NCBI RefSeq assembly: GCF_902459465.1
Contig: NC_047067.1
Location: 17,422,001 to 17,486,000 of the forward strand
From: Asterias rubens
Taxonomy: Eukaryota
DNA: 64,000 nucleotides
Direction: 5' to 3'
A program made the translations under genes and the position numbers. This document shows, one piece after another, positions 30,501 to 39,200 of the stretch (positions are counted from its first letter, which is position 1; each line of letters starts with the position of its first letter). The notes under the pieces were generated by a model that ran no database searches, was not told the origin of the DNA, and saw only the letters and a list, made by a program, of their open reading frames with translations.

Positions 30501-32852
30501 GGTTTAGGTGTGTGTGTAAAGATGTGGAGGCATAATTCCCAGGTTCAAAAACATTTCATTATAGGTGCTATCAACATGCAATAGTTGAATTGCCTTTGGA
30601 CTGTGTTCTTTCTCTGTGATATTTGGTACTCCTTTTATATCAACTTCAGAACCGTGAACTTGATGTTAGCAATTCAGTAAGCTGGTCTGGATACATCATA
30701 TTGGCAACACATTAAGCAGATCTTTGACCTCTAATCACTGTACGTAAAAACAACCCAAAAAAACTTATTGCTTAAATGTCAAAGCTCAATAGACTTGTGA
30801 TTTATGTCACAGTGTTGATTGTGAACATTGTCATTTCACATCTCTAAACAAATATTTTCTACAAGTTGAAGAGTTCTTCTGATAAGGGTTTCAATGTCCT
30901 CTTGATAAATGTCATTCTGAAAAGCTTTTTTTTATTTTTTAAAGTGAATACAGTTTTTGTGTGTGTTATGGAGTAATATTCATTGTTGTTTGACTGGCCT
31001 TCAGAAACATTTTACTTATTTCAAGACTATTTCACCCAGGAGGATAAATCCCTTCACCAATAGACCGATCCATAAGGCTCCACCCACAACACGCGTGTGA
31101 GCAAGAACACGTGAGCCTCTCCAACACTCTTCTGCACAACTCTGCCGCGCGCGCAAAGCATACGCACACGCCATGTCGGATCTTTGTCGGACCTTCGTTG
31201 AGTTGTGATTGGTCAATACGCAATGGGGCGGAGCTTAATGGATCGGTCTTTTATCAGTCCCACTCTATCCTGAGCTGTCTGTTGCCAAGCAATGCCCCTT
31301 CTTAGTTCATCTCTCCATTTTCTGGATAGGTTAATCTTGGAGACCACTTGGTTGTTTTGCATTATCATGTGCTATCATACATGTACATGTACCTCCATGC
31401 TAGGTGACATCGGGTGGATTTCAAAAAGAGTTAGGACTAGTCCAAATTTACCTAGGAGATATTAAAAACTTAAGGCTTGTATCAATTCATATCAAGTCAC
31501 TTGCTGCTCACAGAATCCTAACCATGGAAATGCAGAAATCCCAATTTCTACTTATGTTTCAATTTCAGGACCAGCCTTGCAATACCGTTGAGACTGCAGA
31601 CAATTGCTACGCGCAAATGCAAACCAAGTACTACACGGATTACTCCGGTATGCGCATTGATTTCATCTTGTATGGGAGCAACCCCTGCTACAGTGTGACA
31701 TGTCAAGAACGTAGCCTGGCCATGGAGAAGATCCCAGGCACTGACATGCATTACTCGGACCACAAGGGGGTGGAGGTTCTCTTTGAGATGCACAAGGTCA
31801 AAGGTCAGTATTTTGCACTGTAAAGGACTTGGATTCGGTCATTCAAAGTGAAAGAACATTGTTGTTTTTCGGAAGAGCAAATAACTGTGAAAATCTCATA
31901 ATCGAGCGGTCATGTTGTACTGAAAAAAAAAAAAAAAAAGTGTGTGTTGTCATGATTGTTCTCATCCAGCTTCCGATTGTGCTTGTTGAAATAATCAACA
32001 AAATTGTTGATTATTGGTAAACAATTTTGTTTTAGGGAATCTTCAGATGGAAATAGTATCATTTTATGAATGGTATATCAATGAGCTTTCAGTATGCACA
32101 AACTAATTTTTTTTTTTTTAAACTTAATAATGGCCGATACTGTTCTTTTTAAAATTTATTTTAGTCTAGTCGTGTGAAGTCGGACATATACAAGTTTTGT
32201 AAAAACTTGTAAAAAAGTAATGTACAGTTCATGGAGCCTGAAAATGTAGGGTCAAAAAGAGCAACATACTTTTGTAATGAGATGTAAAATCAAACTGTTG
32301 TGGGTTTTCTTTTATTTCAAATTAAATTGTAGAAAGGAAATCATTTTGAATTGTAATTCAAAGAAAAGGGATCTCTTATAGATAATTAATTTCTCTGTTT
32401 ATTAAACTGGGAATATTAAAGAACAATTCAAGGAGCTTTAAGCATTGTTCTTAAAGTGGTTTATATATATTTTCTTTTTTTTCTGAGATGAATGTGCCCC
32501 AAGAAAATCCTTGAACAATGCTGAAGAGCGTCTCTCCATCCTCCTTCAAATACTCCCGTTCATCCAGAGCTCCATCCGAGATGTCAAAGAGCAAAGGTTC
32601 TCCTACCTCTTGAAGTCCCTCATCATTTTCCTCTTCCTTATCTTCATCTGGATGGGAGGTTTGTTTCATTGGATGACAAGCTGGAGTAGTCTAGGTGCCC
32701 TAGGGGTGTTCGTGGCTGTGGTGGTGTTAGGGATTACAGCATTCTGTATAGGAGGGTTCGTGAAGAGGACAGAGTTGAATCAACTAGTGGGGAAGAAAAG
32801 GGAGATCACCATGCAAGTCAGCAGGCTTGAATCCTTGCTGAGGCACAGTTAA
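11386..32852 (+). CDS. SMPD2: Neutral sphingomyelinase 1 / sphingomyelin phosphodiesterase 2 (7 coding exons, 409 aa)
   Basis: join(11386..11423,13881..13977,14439..14515,28874..29057,30128..30361,31569..31803,32488..32852) = 1230 nt. Motifs [29 protein letters not shown] and two C-terminal hydrophobic helices are typical of SMPD2/ISC1. Confidence 0.93.
11564..11762. repeat. Stacked perfect hairpins (foldback DNA element) in SMPD2 intron 1
   Basis: 38 bp perfect inverted arms 11572-11609 / 11619-11656; second hairpin 11709-11762. Confidence 0.8.
11975..12975. repeat. Unclassified ~1 kb dispersed repeat, copy 1
   Basis: Colinear diverged similarity to about 21760-22660 (TACAAGCAAATGCAATC, GAGTACGGACCCC, GAAAGCAATGTAAGCAATTCTAT, TATATGGATATTCTTTTGAATATTTTATTT). 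Confidence 0.7.
13391..13655. repeat. ~265 bp palindrome; Penelope-like terminal-repeat pair with hammerhead-like cores
   Basis: Arms of about 130 bp around a 6 nt spacer (13522-13527); each arm carries CAGAAGA-C-GATCA..TGATC-GAAAC. Confidence 0.65.
13881..13977 (+). CDS. SMPD2: SMPD2 exon 2
   Basis: CAG acceptor; [32 protein letters not shown]; donor GAG|GTAC. Confidence 0.95.
14439..14515 (+). CDS. SMPD2: SMPD2 exon 3
   Basis: TAG acceptor; [25 protein letters not shown](S); donor AG|GTAAA. Confidence 0.93.
14972..15121 (-). repeat. Split direct repeat B2 (3' terminus of element)
   Basis: 150 bp identical to 19200-19349; contains ATTAAA on the element strand; adjacent partial tandem copy at 15122-15145. 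Confidence 0.93.
15491..15536 (-). repeat. 46 nt poly(A) tract (element strand) in the retrotransposon 3' region
   Basis: T46 on the + strand, 21 nt downstream of the YR stop codon. Confidence 0.9.
15558..16574 (-). CDS. Tyrosine recombinase (phage-integrase fold) of the retrotransposon; open 338 codons after a splice acceptor, no upstream ATG
   Basis: Catalytic R (LLFRHDE), K (RSKTD), HxxR (HSMR), HGRW and Y (NRYI) are all present. Frame opens directly after TTTTCTCTTAATTGCTGTATAG| (AG at 16575-16576). Confidence 0.93.
   Translation of the reverse strand, partial: VIRSQDFWSSFPNSIDAFKEQIFQDILLAKAESTLNSYLYKCRDFFAWLVAHKIPLRFPVQDTVVAAFIIDKSNLSQSESSIITISAAIKWLHSLLNIESNPVDSPLLKQIVISQRKSLHKPPEQKEPLTIDHVRSIADKFANQESSLIQLRTACYVTLMFSLLFRHDEMAQLKACHITELENQAGLRIFIPRSKTDIFRDGNTTFLSCTQNTYCPVTMLRRYMHQCDIQCGEDVYVFTALSFHSSTKSYKPVKHKPLSYTRCREIFLDAMKQIGIERPQSFGLHSMRSGGATHLANKGISEELIMQHGRWKTQQAKNRYIKRDIETRLALSRSLCEK
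16633..18924 (-). CDS. Pol: reverse transcriptase, RNase H and C-terminal DNA adenine methyltransferase-like domain (763 aa)
   Basis: RT motifs [22 protein letters not shown]; RNase H DAS, WREL, TDSQ, ADFVSR; DIRS/PAT-type MT domain VDCFAS..NAK...GVDA..W...LVPP..LI..VL..PWW..PFW. Confidence 0.96.
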   Translation of the reverse strand: MMCVSAAECLATGPGSVPTQQAPHCHTESDPELRRLFPLDTTLSTPEVCRFHGKLPPFIEQGTTSYQQLREPRPQAHSSPQSQLQRHQRQAQASLKVASLSHKFADVLEVRCDYQDSSIKNLISDKVNVKGRLRAHSQFWFHIGASSMVLSVINEGYRIPFITSPPSMFFKNNKSAIKEDSFVTETISELLSSGRIEEKLNPSFVVNPLSVAYQASGKRRLILDLINVNEYVPKMHFKLDDWKVGLQFLSKNAYLFSFDLKSGYHHIDISSDYQKYLGFSWIINNVRRYFEFTVLPFGLSSAPLLFTKMMKPLVTHWRSCGILIALYLDDGFVVVPASCDNNTNDFHIASKISQHVKVDLIRSGLVYNMDKSCWNPVNQIVWLGMHWDSVEGTLRVSQRRVDKILRTINELTSADVVTIRKLHSFVGQIISLGPVVGNLTRLSTRNCQVKISQAHHEDDIIKLDNLCLSEIEFWKSNASKRNVRYLFVSTRVNKIVCGDASAVGSGAILCNDIHTAHKNWTEVEAKRSSTWRELDTILFAISSFLPIVSNSQLKIFTDSQSAARIVEVGSMKVDLHSLAIDIFNICINNNVRLEVEWIPRTMNDKADFVSRLIDLDDWMISDKFFSIINDTWGPFSVDCFASYYNAKVSRFFSRFWNPNTAGVDALAQDWSKENCLLVPPVLLIPSVLRHLYLCKGRGALVFPWWPSSPFWPLLWSCYRTWITGMITLEGSDILELGNNKNSYLGSDTFTSPVCAIYIDCTEI
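18638..18933 (-). CDS. gag exon 2 (CCHC zinc knuckle), overlapping pol in another frame
   Basis: Acceptor TTTTTTCTCATTATACATTTTAG|; [16 protein letters not shown] = Cx2Cx4Hx4C; phase matches the donor at 19386. Confidence 0.85.
18934..19386 (-). other. Predicted 453 nt spliceosomal intron in gag containing the B1/A2 repeat junction
   Basis: GTAAAA...TTTTAG; phase-1 join CGA G|GC ATG gives a continuous 277 aa Gag with zinc knuckle. Confidence 0.8.
18978..19349 (-). repeat. Internal B1-A2 junction repeats
   Basis: B1 19200-19349 and A2 18978-19201 overlap at TT 19200-19201. Confidence 0.93.
19387..19924 (-). CDS. gag exon 1 (helical Gag-like protein)
   Basis: ATG at 19924 just downstream of repeat A1; charged helical protein with [15 protein letters not shown] motif like Gag of YR retrotransposons; unspliced ORF runs to 19271. 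Confidence 0.85.
19935..20158 (-). promoter_or_regulatory. Split direct repeat A1 (5' terminus) with TATA box and Inr-like site
   Basis: TATATAAA at 20017-20024 (minus) and TCAGGT about 28 nt downstream (~19989); identical to A2. Confidence 0.75.
20554..20705. repeat. ~150 bp segment, inverted copy of 28588-28737
   Basis: Reverse-complement alignment by eye with few mismatches. Confidence 0.85.
20836..21420. repeat. Tandem ~130 bp core repeats (about 4 units) after an ACTAG start; Helentron/HINE-like non-autonomous element
   Basis: CAAGGAGTC-like unit starts near 20911, 21012, 21142, 21274, 21404; internal hairpin CTTCCGG-TTGAC-CCGGAAG. Confidence 0.6.
21760..22740. repeat. Unclassified ~1 kb dispersed repeat, copy 2, with ~190 bp internal tandem expansion
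   Basis: Similar to 11975-12975; GATTCATGG unit starts at 22281, 22482, 22672. Confidence 0.7.
23341..23414 (-). mobile_element. tRNA-like SINE head
   Basis: Minus strand has TAGCCTAGTGG (A box) and GTTCGAATC (B box); no clean cloverleaf. Confidence 0.5.
24098..24180. repeat. (AAT)n microsatellite plus 10 bp-stem terminal hairpin (Helentron/HINE-type end)
   Basis: CTGTTCCGAC-GGTAG-GTCGGAACAG at 24145-24169 flanked by AAT repeats. Confidence 0.55.
24175..24516 (-). mobile_element. Probable distal 3' UTR and tail of the L2-like LINE (displaced by CR1 insertion)
   Basis: T-rich on the minus strand, AGCACCAT..ATGGTGCT stem-loop followed by (TAT)n tail, as in L2-type 3' ends. Confidence 0.5.
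24520..26340 (+). pseudogene. LINE reverse transcriptase ORF2 fragment (606 codons, catalytic FADD changed to FADY)
   Basis: ORF track plus TTC GCT GAT TAT at 25492-25503. Confidence 0.88.
24520..26715 (+). mobile_element. 5'-truncated CR1-group LINE (RT ORF 24520-26340, 3' UTR, (AAT)n tail)
   Basis: Motifs [53 protein letters not shown]; 3' stem-loop and AATAAA(AAT)n. Confidence 0.92.
26727..28587 (-). mobile_element. Degenerate L2-like LINE (endonuclease and RT fragments, frameshifted/deleted)
   Basis: [24 protein letters not shown] (EN); [14 protein letters not shown] (RT); SKIDYCN, LHWL, GDRVFS..PKLWN (L2 C-terminus) in different frames. Confidence 0.9.
28874..29057 (+). CDS. SMPD2: SMPD2 exon 4
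   Basis: CAG acceptor; [15 protein letters not shown]...[12 protein letters not shown]...VYTLH; donor |GTGAG. Confidence 0.95.
29130..29345. mobile_element. GGGCCC-ended MITE fragment
   Basis: Shares CCTTGATAAAAACAGGA and CTGGTATTCAGCTGTTGTT with 43930-44085. Confidence 0.5.
29732..29997. mobile_element. MITE with 31 bp TIRs
   Basis: TAGAGTTATATTTAAGAACTAGAGGGCGCAC / GTGCGCCCTCTAGTTCTTATATATAACTCTA (1 mismatch). Confidence 0.8.
30128..30361 (+). CDS. SMPD2: SMPD2 exon 5
   Basis: TAG acceptor; NVALY...[14 protein letters not shown]...IVAGDFN...LKDAW..; donor AAG|GTATG. Confidence 0.9.
31056..31242. mobile_element. Small MITE
   Basis: TIR AATAGACCGATCCATAAGGCTCCACCC / GGGCGGAGCTTAATGGATCGGTCTTT. 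Confidence 0.6.
31569..31803 (+). CDS. SMPD2: SMPD2 exon 6
   Basis: CAG acceptor; DQPCNT...GMRIDFILY...YSDHKGV; donor G|GTCAG. Confidence 0.95.
32488..32852 (+). CDS. SMPD2: SMPD2 exon 7 (two transmembrane helices)
   Basis: In-frame acceptor after polypyrimidine tract is GAG (32485-32487); hydrophobic segments [19 protein letters not shown] and [22 protein letters not shown]; TAA at 32852. Confidence 0.88.
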
Positions 32853-33179
32853 AGGTTTGGTTATAGATTGGTAAAAACTCCAATACTTAATGACCAATCA
32901 AAACGTAATTGGTGAGAAGTATGCAGCTGGTATTATAAACTAATTTGAGATGTAACTTGTTTTGAATAATTTGTCACCCCAAAACATTTGAATCTGAGAA
33001 ACCATTCATGCATGAATCATTTATCTGATTTCTAAAGCTTGATGTTTGTTTGCGAACGCTTTGGCCAGAGATGCATTTTTTTTTTTCAGCTGGAACTTTC
33101 ACAGTTATCTTCATTGATAATTGACAAAAACCAATCTATGACCATACCTTTAAAATTCTCAGTGAAACCCTGAAGCAGA

Positions 33180-33336
33180 TTAAAGGCCGAGTTATAGTCG
33201 GTCGCGAGATGGTCGAGCAATGGAAATCTTGCACACGATCAAAAAAAGACACAGTTTTCAGGCCTCAACGATATAAACTATAAACTGTGTCGCGTGTCAA
33301 AATTTCCATCACGCGACCGACTATATACCGGCCTTA
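33180..33336. mobile_element. Short TTAA MITE
   Basis: TTAAAGGCCGAGTTATAGTCGGTCGCG / CGCGACCGACTATATACCGGCCTTAA. Confidence 0.7.
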
Positions 33337-34209
33337 AGACATTAAGTTGGAGATTGTTATTTGCTAAATGGGTTGAATTCCCATTTGCTCACAGAGGTGC
33401 CCTTTAAAGGGCAATGATACCAGGGTGTTTCTCTTTGGTAAAGCCTTTACCAAAGAGAAATACACTGGTGTCCTTGCCCTTTTAAAAGAATGCATCCGGG
33501 CTGCAAAAGGACCCTCAAAAGAGTCTATTATTATTACTATTGGTTTATTAAAAAAACAATCAAACTTGGCAGCCAGAGGCTGAATTGTGTTTAAAATTAC
33601 AGGGCATAAGAAATTATATATATACTATTTTTAAAATTACAGAAAAACATTACGAAATATAAAAATATTTATTTAAGTACAATTACAAAATACAAGATAT
33701 TCAAAGACTAAAATACAAAAATTCTTTCCGCTAGGGAGGCATAACACACTTCTGGCTACAAACTCTGTTAAGTGCTACAATTAATTTTATATTTTAAAAT
33801 ATCATCAACAGAAGCACGAAAGAGCACTACGAGAGCATGCAGCAAGAGGCAAGTTAAAAATAAATAGCGATTGCACCAGAAACATGTACATGTACATACA
33901 GCAAGGTAAAACAAAAAAGAACTAGCACAGTGACCTGTAGCCCTGAAGATAGCTGTGTTGAGAAAATTATGTTGATGATCAGGTTTAGATGGGGGAGGAA
34001 AGCCCAAAATATGGCAAATCCACACAAATTAGGTAGAGACTGAAAACCCAATTGTTGTGCAAGGCTCCGTTCCGAAGTGGTATTGGACCGTCATGTACGT
34101 GTAGATTCGAGGCAGGGAAACCACTGACCTTACTTGTTGTGAATTCCTGAACAATCCTATGGAAACAACAGCCTGACCTGGCCTTGATACCAATGTGGGA
34201 TATGATGTC

Positions 34210-34651
34210 TTAAAGACACTGGACACTGTTGGTAATTGTCAAAGACCAGTCTTCTCACTTGGTTTATCTCAACATATGCACAAAATAACAAACCTGTAAA
34301 AAGTTTGAACTCAATTGGTCGTCGAAGTTGCGAGATAATAATGGAAGAAAAAACGCCCTTGTCACACAAAATTGTGTGTTTTAAGATGCTTGATTTTGAG
34401 ACCTCAAATCTAATTCTGAGATCTCTTAATCAAATTCGTGGAAAATTCGTTCTTTCTCAAAAACTAAGTTACTTCAGAGGGAGCCGTTTCTCACAATGTT
34501 TTATGCTATCAACAGCTCTCCATTGCTTGTGACCAAGTAAGTTTTTATGCTAACAATTTTGTTGAGTAATTACCAAACAGCTCTCCATTGCTTGTGACCA
34601 AGTAAGTTTTTATGCCAACAATTTTGTTGAGTAATTACCAATAGTGTCCAT
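34210..34651. mobile_element. TTAA MITE family 1 copy with ~68 bp internal tandem duplication
   Basis: TTAAAGACACTGGACACTG start; AACAGCTCTCCATTGCTTGTGACCAAG.. duplicated near the right end. Confidence 0.8.
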
Positions 34652-35259
34652 TGTATGTTGTGTAGTTGTACTTTTTAAGTGCAACTGCATATTATTTCAA
34701 GTTGAACAGATTTTATTCTCTTTATTTGAAAAGCAAGCAAACCAAGTTTTGAGTTTGGCAGTGAGTGCCAGGTTTTGACCTGTCACATTTTGTTGTGTAA
34801 ATTTGTGTACAAAGTTGATATTAAGCAGACGATTTTGTGACAATGGCCCCTAAATCATGAAGATGCACAATGAGGGCGGTTCAAAATTGGGGGGGGGGAG
34901 TGTGCCACCCTCTGGTAACACTGCTTATCTAAGGTTGACTGTGTCCACACTTTTTGTCCCATTTTAACACAATTGTGTCTGATAACAGTAAAATTCTCCT
35001 ATCTGAATATATTTTTTTACATAATTCATCATAATATTAACACTTTTTTCAACTCGATATTGATATTTTCTAAATTGATAATAGTATCATGGTATATGGC
35101 CGTTTTTGCTGTTTAAACTTGAATTTGTCAATTGTCTGTAATCTTATTCTTGCTGCAATATTATATTTATCAATATGAAATTCATGAATAAATTTGACTA
35201 TTGAATATAAAAAAGACAAATTAGACAATGATTTGAAGTTATTTAGGTCAATGCAAAAC

Positions 35260-35561
35260 TTAAAGGCACTGAACACATTTGGTAATTGTCAAAGACCAGT
35301 ATTCTCACTTGGTGTATCCCAACATATGCATAAAATAACAAGCCTGTGAAAATTGGACTCATGATAAAAGACAAAACATCCTTGTTGTACAAAATAGTGT
35401 GCTTTCAGATTGGAATAAAAGGCTTCTGGCCGGAAGTATTTTATTATTTTAGTGGTATTAAACTTCTTTCTCAAAAACTTTGTTTCTTCAGAGGGAGTAA
35501 GTAAGGTTTTATGCTATTATAAATATTTTGAGTAATTACCAATTGTGTGCAGTGCCTTTAA
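35260..35561. mobile_element. TTAA MITE family 1 copy
   Basis: TTAAAGGCACTGAACACATTTGGTAAT / ATTACCAATTGTGTGCAGTGCCTTTAA. Confidence 0.8.
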
Positions 35562-35879
35562 CTGAGTGGGGGGGGGGGCTGTTCGCCCCTTCAAACATAA
35601 AACTATAACCATTCAATTACAACACCGGGTAAACCCCCTTTTGTTTTGCTTTCTCTGTCTATTTCTACTTTTTGTCCTTGGGAGCAAATTTCTTTTGGGT
35701 TGGGTACAATTGTTTTGTCTGTAAAATAGAATTGCCGTTCTCACAAATTTTCCTTATTTTCTTTAACTTAAGGATTCACTTTTTAAATCGATTGGGAAGA
35801 AGACAAAAAGCATAACGACAGTGGCAATTTTGATGTACCAAGGTGTGTATAGGAAATAAATTGCGGGTGAGGACTTTTT

Positions 35880-36116
35880 TTCTCTGTCGATTCTGAGGTT
35901 GTAGCGCCATCTATTGACCTAAGTTTTTAGTCTATAAATCCAAAATGGCGCGCTCCATGAAAGAAGGAAAACCATCTTCATCTGTCATAAACTCACCGTC
36001 CGTTGTTTGAAGCTTTAATTTCTTGTTGGTTGATAGATTCCCGTTTTTTACACTGAAAACTAACGATTCGTTTACGTTTCTCAATTTTTATATATTTACA
36101 CGGTAAATTTGACACG
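35880..36116 (+). promoter_or_regulatory. NUP37 promoter / 5' UTR
   Basis: CpG-enriched; CAAAATGGCG (YY1-like) at 35941 and GCGCCATCTATTG upstream of ATG 36117. Confidence 0.45.
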
Positions 36117-36269
36117 ATGAATGAAAACATGAAGCCGAAGGGAACATCGTTTACTTTCCCATGTAAAGACGTTGTCACGTGTGTAGAGTTCTGCCCGTAC
36201 GAAGCTGCATCTCAACTCATTGCATTTGGTGGTCAGTTAAGAATCAATGTTGGTGCCTGCAGATTTCAG
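36117..36269 (+). CDS. NUP37: NUP37 exon 1
   Basis: MNENMKPKGTSFTFPCKDVVTCVEFCPYE...GACRFQ; donor CAG|GTAAC. Confidence 0.92.
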
Positions 36270-39200
36270 GTAACGATCAAGCTTTATACTTTGAGACAAT
36301 TCCAAGCACATTTTTCCTTATATAATTATAAAATATAAGTTAAAATATAGGCCTATTGACTATTTTTTTTAAATAACTTGTTTTTTCCCCCATGTTTTGT
36401 TGGGGGTTTAATTTTTCAATTCTTTTATTAAAATAAATTAATGGCAAAGTTAGTAGTTACCGTCTTTTTCATTTGATATGATTATGAACTACAATTTACC
36501 TCAACTCAATGACATATCCCTTTTTTTTGGTAAAAATGAGTGAAAAAGTGGTGGCGCCTTACGTTACGGAAAGTTATTCAAATGAATAACTAAAACAAAT
36601 TGAATAATTGTATATGTTGCTATATTAGTTGCGATAACATAACCCGGCCTCTACCGTCGCGTCGGCAGGAGGGTTACGTTATCGCAACTATTGCTTTGTC
36701 TGCTTAGTTGAGCAACTTGTGATCAAAGTCAACAAACAATGACTTAGGTCCTTAGGACAAGTAATAGTAGTAGTAGTAGTAGAATGAGCATGGAGCAACT
36801 CCTCCATGGTATGAGAAAGGAGTTATGATCACATTTTCCAGATTGATGTGCTGACTGCTGGAGCTCTTGTTGTAGAGTCTTATCTGGGAGAGTGTAGCCA
36901 TCATAAAGAAGGGGATAAAGAATATTAAATTTTGTTTTTTTACTCGTACACTGATGAGTGTTGGCACTGTATAAAAATATCACAGGCATATTACTCGGGT
37001 GGGAATCGAACCCATGACCCTTGCAATTCTAGAGCAGTGTCTTACCAACTAGACTTCTGAGATTGCCCTGTAGCTAGAGGCAGTTAATGTTTAATGCTTC
37101 TTGCTTGAAAGTTATGGCAGTCGGTCAGTAAATGAAGTAATGTCAGCAGGGAATTGGTTTCATTCGGTTACAACTGGATTCATATAAAAAATATCATTTA
37201 ATTGTTTGTTTCTTTGATTGCAGGAAGAAGACAAAACAGTTGAAGGATTTGACTACAAACACCTGAGAGATTTTCATCATGATACTCAGGTTGTTGCAAT
37301 CTCATGGAGTCCAGAAACATCCCTAGAAGTCTTGCCAAGATGCATCAGGTACCTTATTCCTTATTCTTTACTTTAGACTATTGTTAAAGACACTGGACAC
37401 TATTGGTAATTGTCAAAGACTGGTCTTCTCACTTGGTGTATCTCAACAAACTCATTAGGTCGTTGAAGTTGCAAGATAAAAATGTAAAGGAAAAACAACC
37501 TTGTCACACGAAGTTGCAAGCATGCCTTCAGATGCTTGATTTCGGGACCTCAAAATCTAATTATGAGGTCTCAAAATCAAATTCATGGAAATTATGGTTT
37601 TTTTTTATTACTACGCTACTTCAGAGGGAGCCGCTTCTCAAAATGTTATATAGGGGGCCTAATACAAGCTCTCCAAGTAAGTTTTTATGCTAACAATTAT
37701 TTTGAGTTATTACCAATAGTGCCTAGATCCTTTAAACTTTGGATGTTCTTTTGAAGAACTAGTGTAACAAATTGTCAAAGATTGAGAAATTAGTAAAAAT
37801 ATTTATTGTTATATGAATATTTTCTTACAGATTCTGCACTGCTGGAGCAGATTACAAAATCCGACTGTTTTCCTCTGATATGAAAGAACAAGACGTCATG
37901 GAGGTAGGGTACTGGACTGGACATGGTTGGAGAAAATTATTATCTCATTATTTTCTGTTTGCAGCAGTCGATCTGTTATGATTTACTATTCAAAGAGGCT
38001 TGACATTTTCTATAGCATAAGAAAGACAGCCAGACTCCAATTTGAAGTTCTCCGAATTTAAGATGAAACATTAGCAACATTGTCAGCTGCCGCAATGCTA
38101 GCATCCCAAAGTTTTGTTTTAAAATCACAATATCCAGAATATTTATTGTAAAATGTGGAAGTTATTTACAGCTTAAAATGCATGGACTTACATGGTGTTT
38201 AACAGACCTTGCGCATAGGCTATCATCACTGAGTTCAAAGAATAGAAACATTCATGCGTGTACGCACCACACACAGCTCTCAGCCAATGATAGATTTCCA
38301 TTGACCACAGTGAGGGTGTTGTTTGAGCATGTGATGTAATATGCAAGAGATCGTTGGGTGCGTTCGATTAGCTTCCCTGGGTCGGGTGATCTCCTGACAA
38401 GAGCTAATCGAACGATCACACTCGCCCTCTCGTGGTGACGGCATGCACCTCAGGTCACCCCCAAGTGACCCACTCCACAAGCAGGGCACTGGGGGCTGGC
38501 CCGGGTGAGCCCTGTCAAAGCTATTCAATCGTACCGTGGCAGACCGGGGTCGACCCAGGGAAGCTAAAGGAACGCACCCTATAAAAGGCACTGCTCATAA
38601 CATGACATCATCATATCATTAAGTTTGTATACAAATTTGTTCCCAGTTATTTGAAGGTCATTCTGATCACATCAATGATGTAGCCTTTGAGCCGACTGAA
38701 GGGCAGCTGATAGCCAGTGTAAGCGATGACCATACATGCCGTGTATGGGACATGGAGGGTACACAGAAGATCTGTTTTGCATTGAAAGCCGCCGGTATGT
38801 CAGCATGTTGGAACTCTCAGGACCCCATGAAGGTTTGTGTCATGTTCATGTGATCTTGAGTTGAATCTTCCAAGGGGCAGGGCCAGTTTTAGTTTGCAAA
38901 GGGCACGTGGCGAATTGTGGTTGAGCGGTCTAGTACATTGGACTTGAAGGCACGTGGCATGTCATGGCTGTGGGGTCAAGGGGTATAGTGTATCAGACTT
39001 GAGTTCTGATGGCTGAATCATCAGAGTGGGGGTTCGATTCTCAGTCATCATGACACTTGTGTCATTGAGCAAGGCACTTTACCCAGGTGTATAAATTGGA
39101 GCCAGAGGGGGCTTAGATCAGTATATTGTGTTGGATTGACAGCCCCCTCTCTTGACTTGAACCGTGAACAAACTACAAAATTCCTTTTTCTGTTCTTATT

